This document shows positions 47,555 through 49,863 of a stretch of DNA of 49,863 nucleotides, piece by piece. Source of the DNA: Hyphochytrium catenoides (Eukaryota; Protista; Hyphochytriomycota); NCBI GenBank assembly GCA_900088475.1, contig FLMG01003475.1:1-49863 (forward strand). The letters run 5' to 3'. Numbering within the stretch: the stretch's first letter is position 1; each line of letters starts with the position of its first letter. The position numbers and the translations under genes were made by a program. The notes below the pieces were generated by a model that was not told the origin of the DNA, ran no database searches, and saw only the letters and a program-made list of their open reading frames with translations.

Positions 47555-49580
47555 ATGGCCAACGTAGCTGAAGGGGAGAGAAAGGCAGAAGGTCGTGATG
47601 GGACAAAGAAGGAAGAAAGAGAGGCAAAGAGAAGCGAGCTCTTTGGCTCAGAGATGCTTTCAGGATTCTTTGATGCAGAGAATGGAGGAGAGGAACTTCT
47701 CAACGCCGTGCTCACGTCCTTTGACAGCATCCTCAAGCACACCGAAGGAGAGACACAGGATGAAGAGAGAGAAAGACAGGGAGAAGGGAACGAAGAAGAG
47801 AGAAAGATGGGTTTCTCTCTGCTCCCGGACGGCCTTGGCATCGCACTGAATGGCTGGCTTCTCTTCTCCTGTAAGAACCGGATCACTCCGCAGTTGGACG
47901 TCGAAGCGTATGTGCTCTTCTTGTGCTCCGCTGACTTGCTCCGCAGTCTGCCTCTCTCGTCCGCCTCGTAGATACTCTCACACTCTATCTTTCTCTTTTA
48001 TTCTCTGCCTATCCATTTCCAGATGAGTCTCTCTCTGTGCCCTATGTCTCTCTCTCCCCAGCGTCCGCTCGCTTCTCCTCTCTGTATGGCTTTGTAACTC
48101 TCGTCTAGTCTGGTCTGCCTCGATAGTTCTTCTGCCTGTTGATCCTCCCCTTCTCTCCCTCTCTTATGTTCTGCAGCATGGGCTCTCGGCTTGGGATGCG
48201 GCAAATGCCTGAGATGGTCTACGGAAGGAATCAACTGCAGCTCCATCACTTGCCTTCTTCTCTTTCTCTCTCTTTCATAACCTATGAAGCACTGCAGCGC
48301 TGCTTCTTCTCAGAAGGAGGAGAGACGGAACAGATTGCAATCTCTGTTGCGGAAGAGTGGAAAAAGAGCAGGAGGTACTGGCAGAAAAGGAGCTTGGGAA
48401 AGGAGACAGAAAAGGAGTCCGCTAGAAAGAGAGAGAAGAAAAGGAAGGGAGAGAGTGAAAGACAGAGAGAGAAAGACCAGGAAAGGAGAGGAAGAGAAAG
48501 GACGAGAAAGAGCGGCTGACGAAGCACTGTGCTGTGCTTTGAGAGAAGGAGAGTGGTGGATAAAGAGCTTGTCTGTGCCGAAGACACGGGAACAGAGAGC
48601 CGAGAGAGAGAGAGAGACTGGGAGAAGAGCATATTTCTCGTTCACGCTTTTTATCTCTCCAGCTTAGAAGGTCTAAAGGTTGTGGAGCTACCCTTTGACT
48701 GGACCTACACCACGGACTATGGAGGAAGCTTAAAAGTCTATTGCCAAGAAGAAGGCGGACCGAAGGTCAAGCACTCCTTCTCTCTCATTCTCTTTCTATC
48801 TCTTTCTCTCTTTTCCCCCTCTTTCTCCCTCTTCCGCCTTTTCTCTCTCTCTTTCCCTCTTCTCTACCTGGATATCTTATCCTTTACATCGGTTCTTCCT
48901 TTCTTCTCGTCATCCTGTTTCTCCCTCCTTTTTCTGAGTTTCCTTTGGACTCATTAAGTCAAACATTATTCTCATCTCGCTACTCTCTGCACAAAAAAGC
49001 TTGCTGGCCAGGACAGGAAAGAGACAATATCACGGACAGAGGAAAAGATTGACTATGAGCTCCTACGCCGCCCTGACCCCATCCTCTGGTACGACGAGGT
49101 GACGCTCTTTGAAGACGAGCTACACGATCATGGGCATGCCTGCATGAGCGTGAAAGTGGTGAGCCTCTTCTATTAGTCTTTCTCTTTCCTTCCGTCTTTG
49201 TCATGTGCCTCTCCTCCCTCTCTTTCCTCCTCTCTCTCTCGACACTCTCTCTCTATCTTCCCCGCCATTATCTGCCTTATCCTTTGTGCCCATATCTCTT
49301 ATGTCTCTTATGTTATGCCTCTTTCTTCATACTTTGTGCCCTACGTTTGGTCGCTAGGGCTAACGCTCTCCTTCTCAATTACTTTTCACCTTGTTCCTGC
49401 TTATCTCTTAATCTCATCTGGCAGCGGGTGATGCCTGGCAGCTTCTTCCTCCTTTGTCGTTTCTGGATGCGCTTGGATGGCGTGGTAGTCCGGGTCAATG
49501 ACGCTCGAGTATTCCACCAGTTTGGAAAGGACTACGTTCTGCGAGAGATCAATAGGAAAGAGTTCAAGTTTAACTCAAAG
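47555..49580 (+). CDS. TIPRL: TIP41/TIPRL (PP2A/TOR pathway regulator); exons 47555-47907, 48177-48374, 48663-48765, ~49000/49012-49158, 49425-49580; 3' end outside window
   Basis: Motifs are GW...K.RI, MPEMVYGRNQLQLHH, PFDWTYTTDYGGSL, IDYELLRRPDPILWYDEVTLFEDELHDHG and KVRVMP..FFLL.RFW.R.DGV.VRVND.RV. Introns are phase-compatible, and a GTAAGG donor follows 49580. Confidence 0.93.
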
Positions 49581-49863
49581 GTAAGGCAGGGCAAGCAAAA
49601 TGAGAAAAAAGAAAGGAAGAGGAAACTGGACTTCCCGTCATTTTGCAACCTTAAGATATGAAGGCAGTCTACCTCACCTACTCAGAAAGAGCCGAGAGAG
49701 AGGGAGAGATATAGAGAGAAATACATGGAGGCAGCTATAAGGGAGGAGGGTAGCAAGTTGAGAAGGGTAGGGAGACGAAGAGAGAGAAAGAGACTGGTCA
49801 ATGAGAACAGAGAAAGAGTGAGAGAGGTAAAGGATGTAGAGAATGGGGGCGCTTTTCAGGAAG

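Noticed and set aside
1-49863. tRNA/rRNA genes and stop-codon reassignment
   Set aside because: GGTTCGA hits near 7863 and 17237 lack cloverleaf arms and no rRNA-like sequence was seen. The modelled genes end in TAA, TGA and TAG with no internal stops, consistent with the standard code.

Overview
This is eukaryotic genomic DNA, probably from a protist. It has GT-AG introns, uses the standard genetic code, carries long (CT)n/(GA)n microsatellites and contains one internal (TTAGGG)4 tract. The window has two compartments. The first ~39 kb is gene-sparse. It holds a 4-exon membrane-anchored alpha/beta hydrolase, an intronless 839-aa type II membrane GT-A glycosyltransferase, a 4-exon cAMP-receptor-like 7TM GPCR and an intronless bHLH-PAS factor. 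It also holds three dispersed low-complexity ORFs sharing an ungapped 24-aa C-terminal motif I do not recognise, plus a degenerate repeat family (three partial copies) carrying gene-fragment insertions. The last ~10 kb is gene-dense: a BUD23-like methyltransferase, BCAS2/SPF27, a predicted SP-RING + SIM + ankyrin protein, and TIP41/TIPRL, which runs off the window end. All exon models and alignments were made by eye; no database searches were run. Most short ORFs in the supplied track are microsatellite or antisense artefacts.
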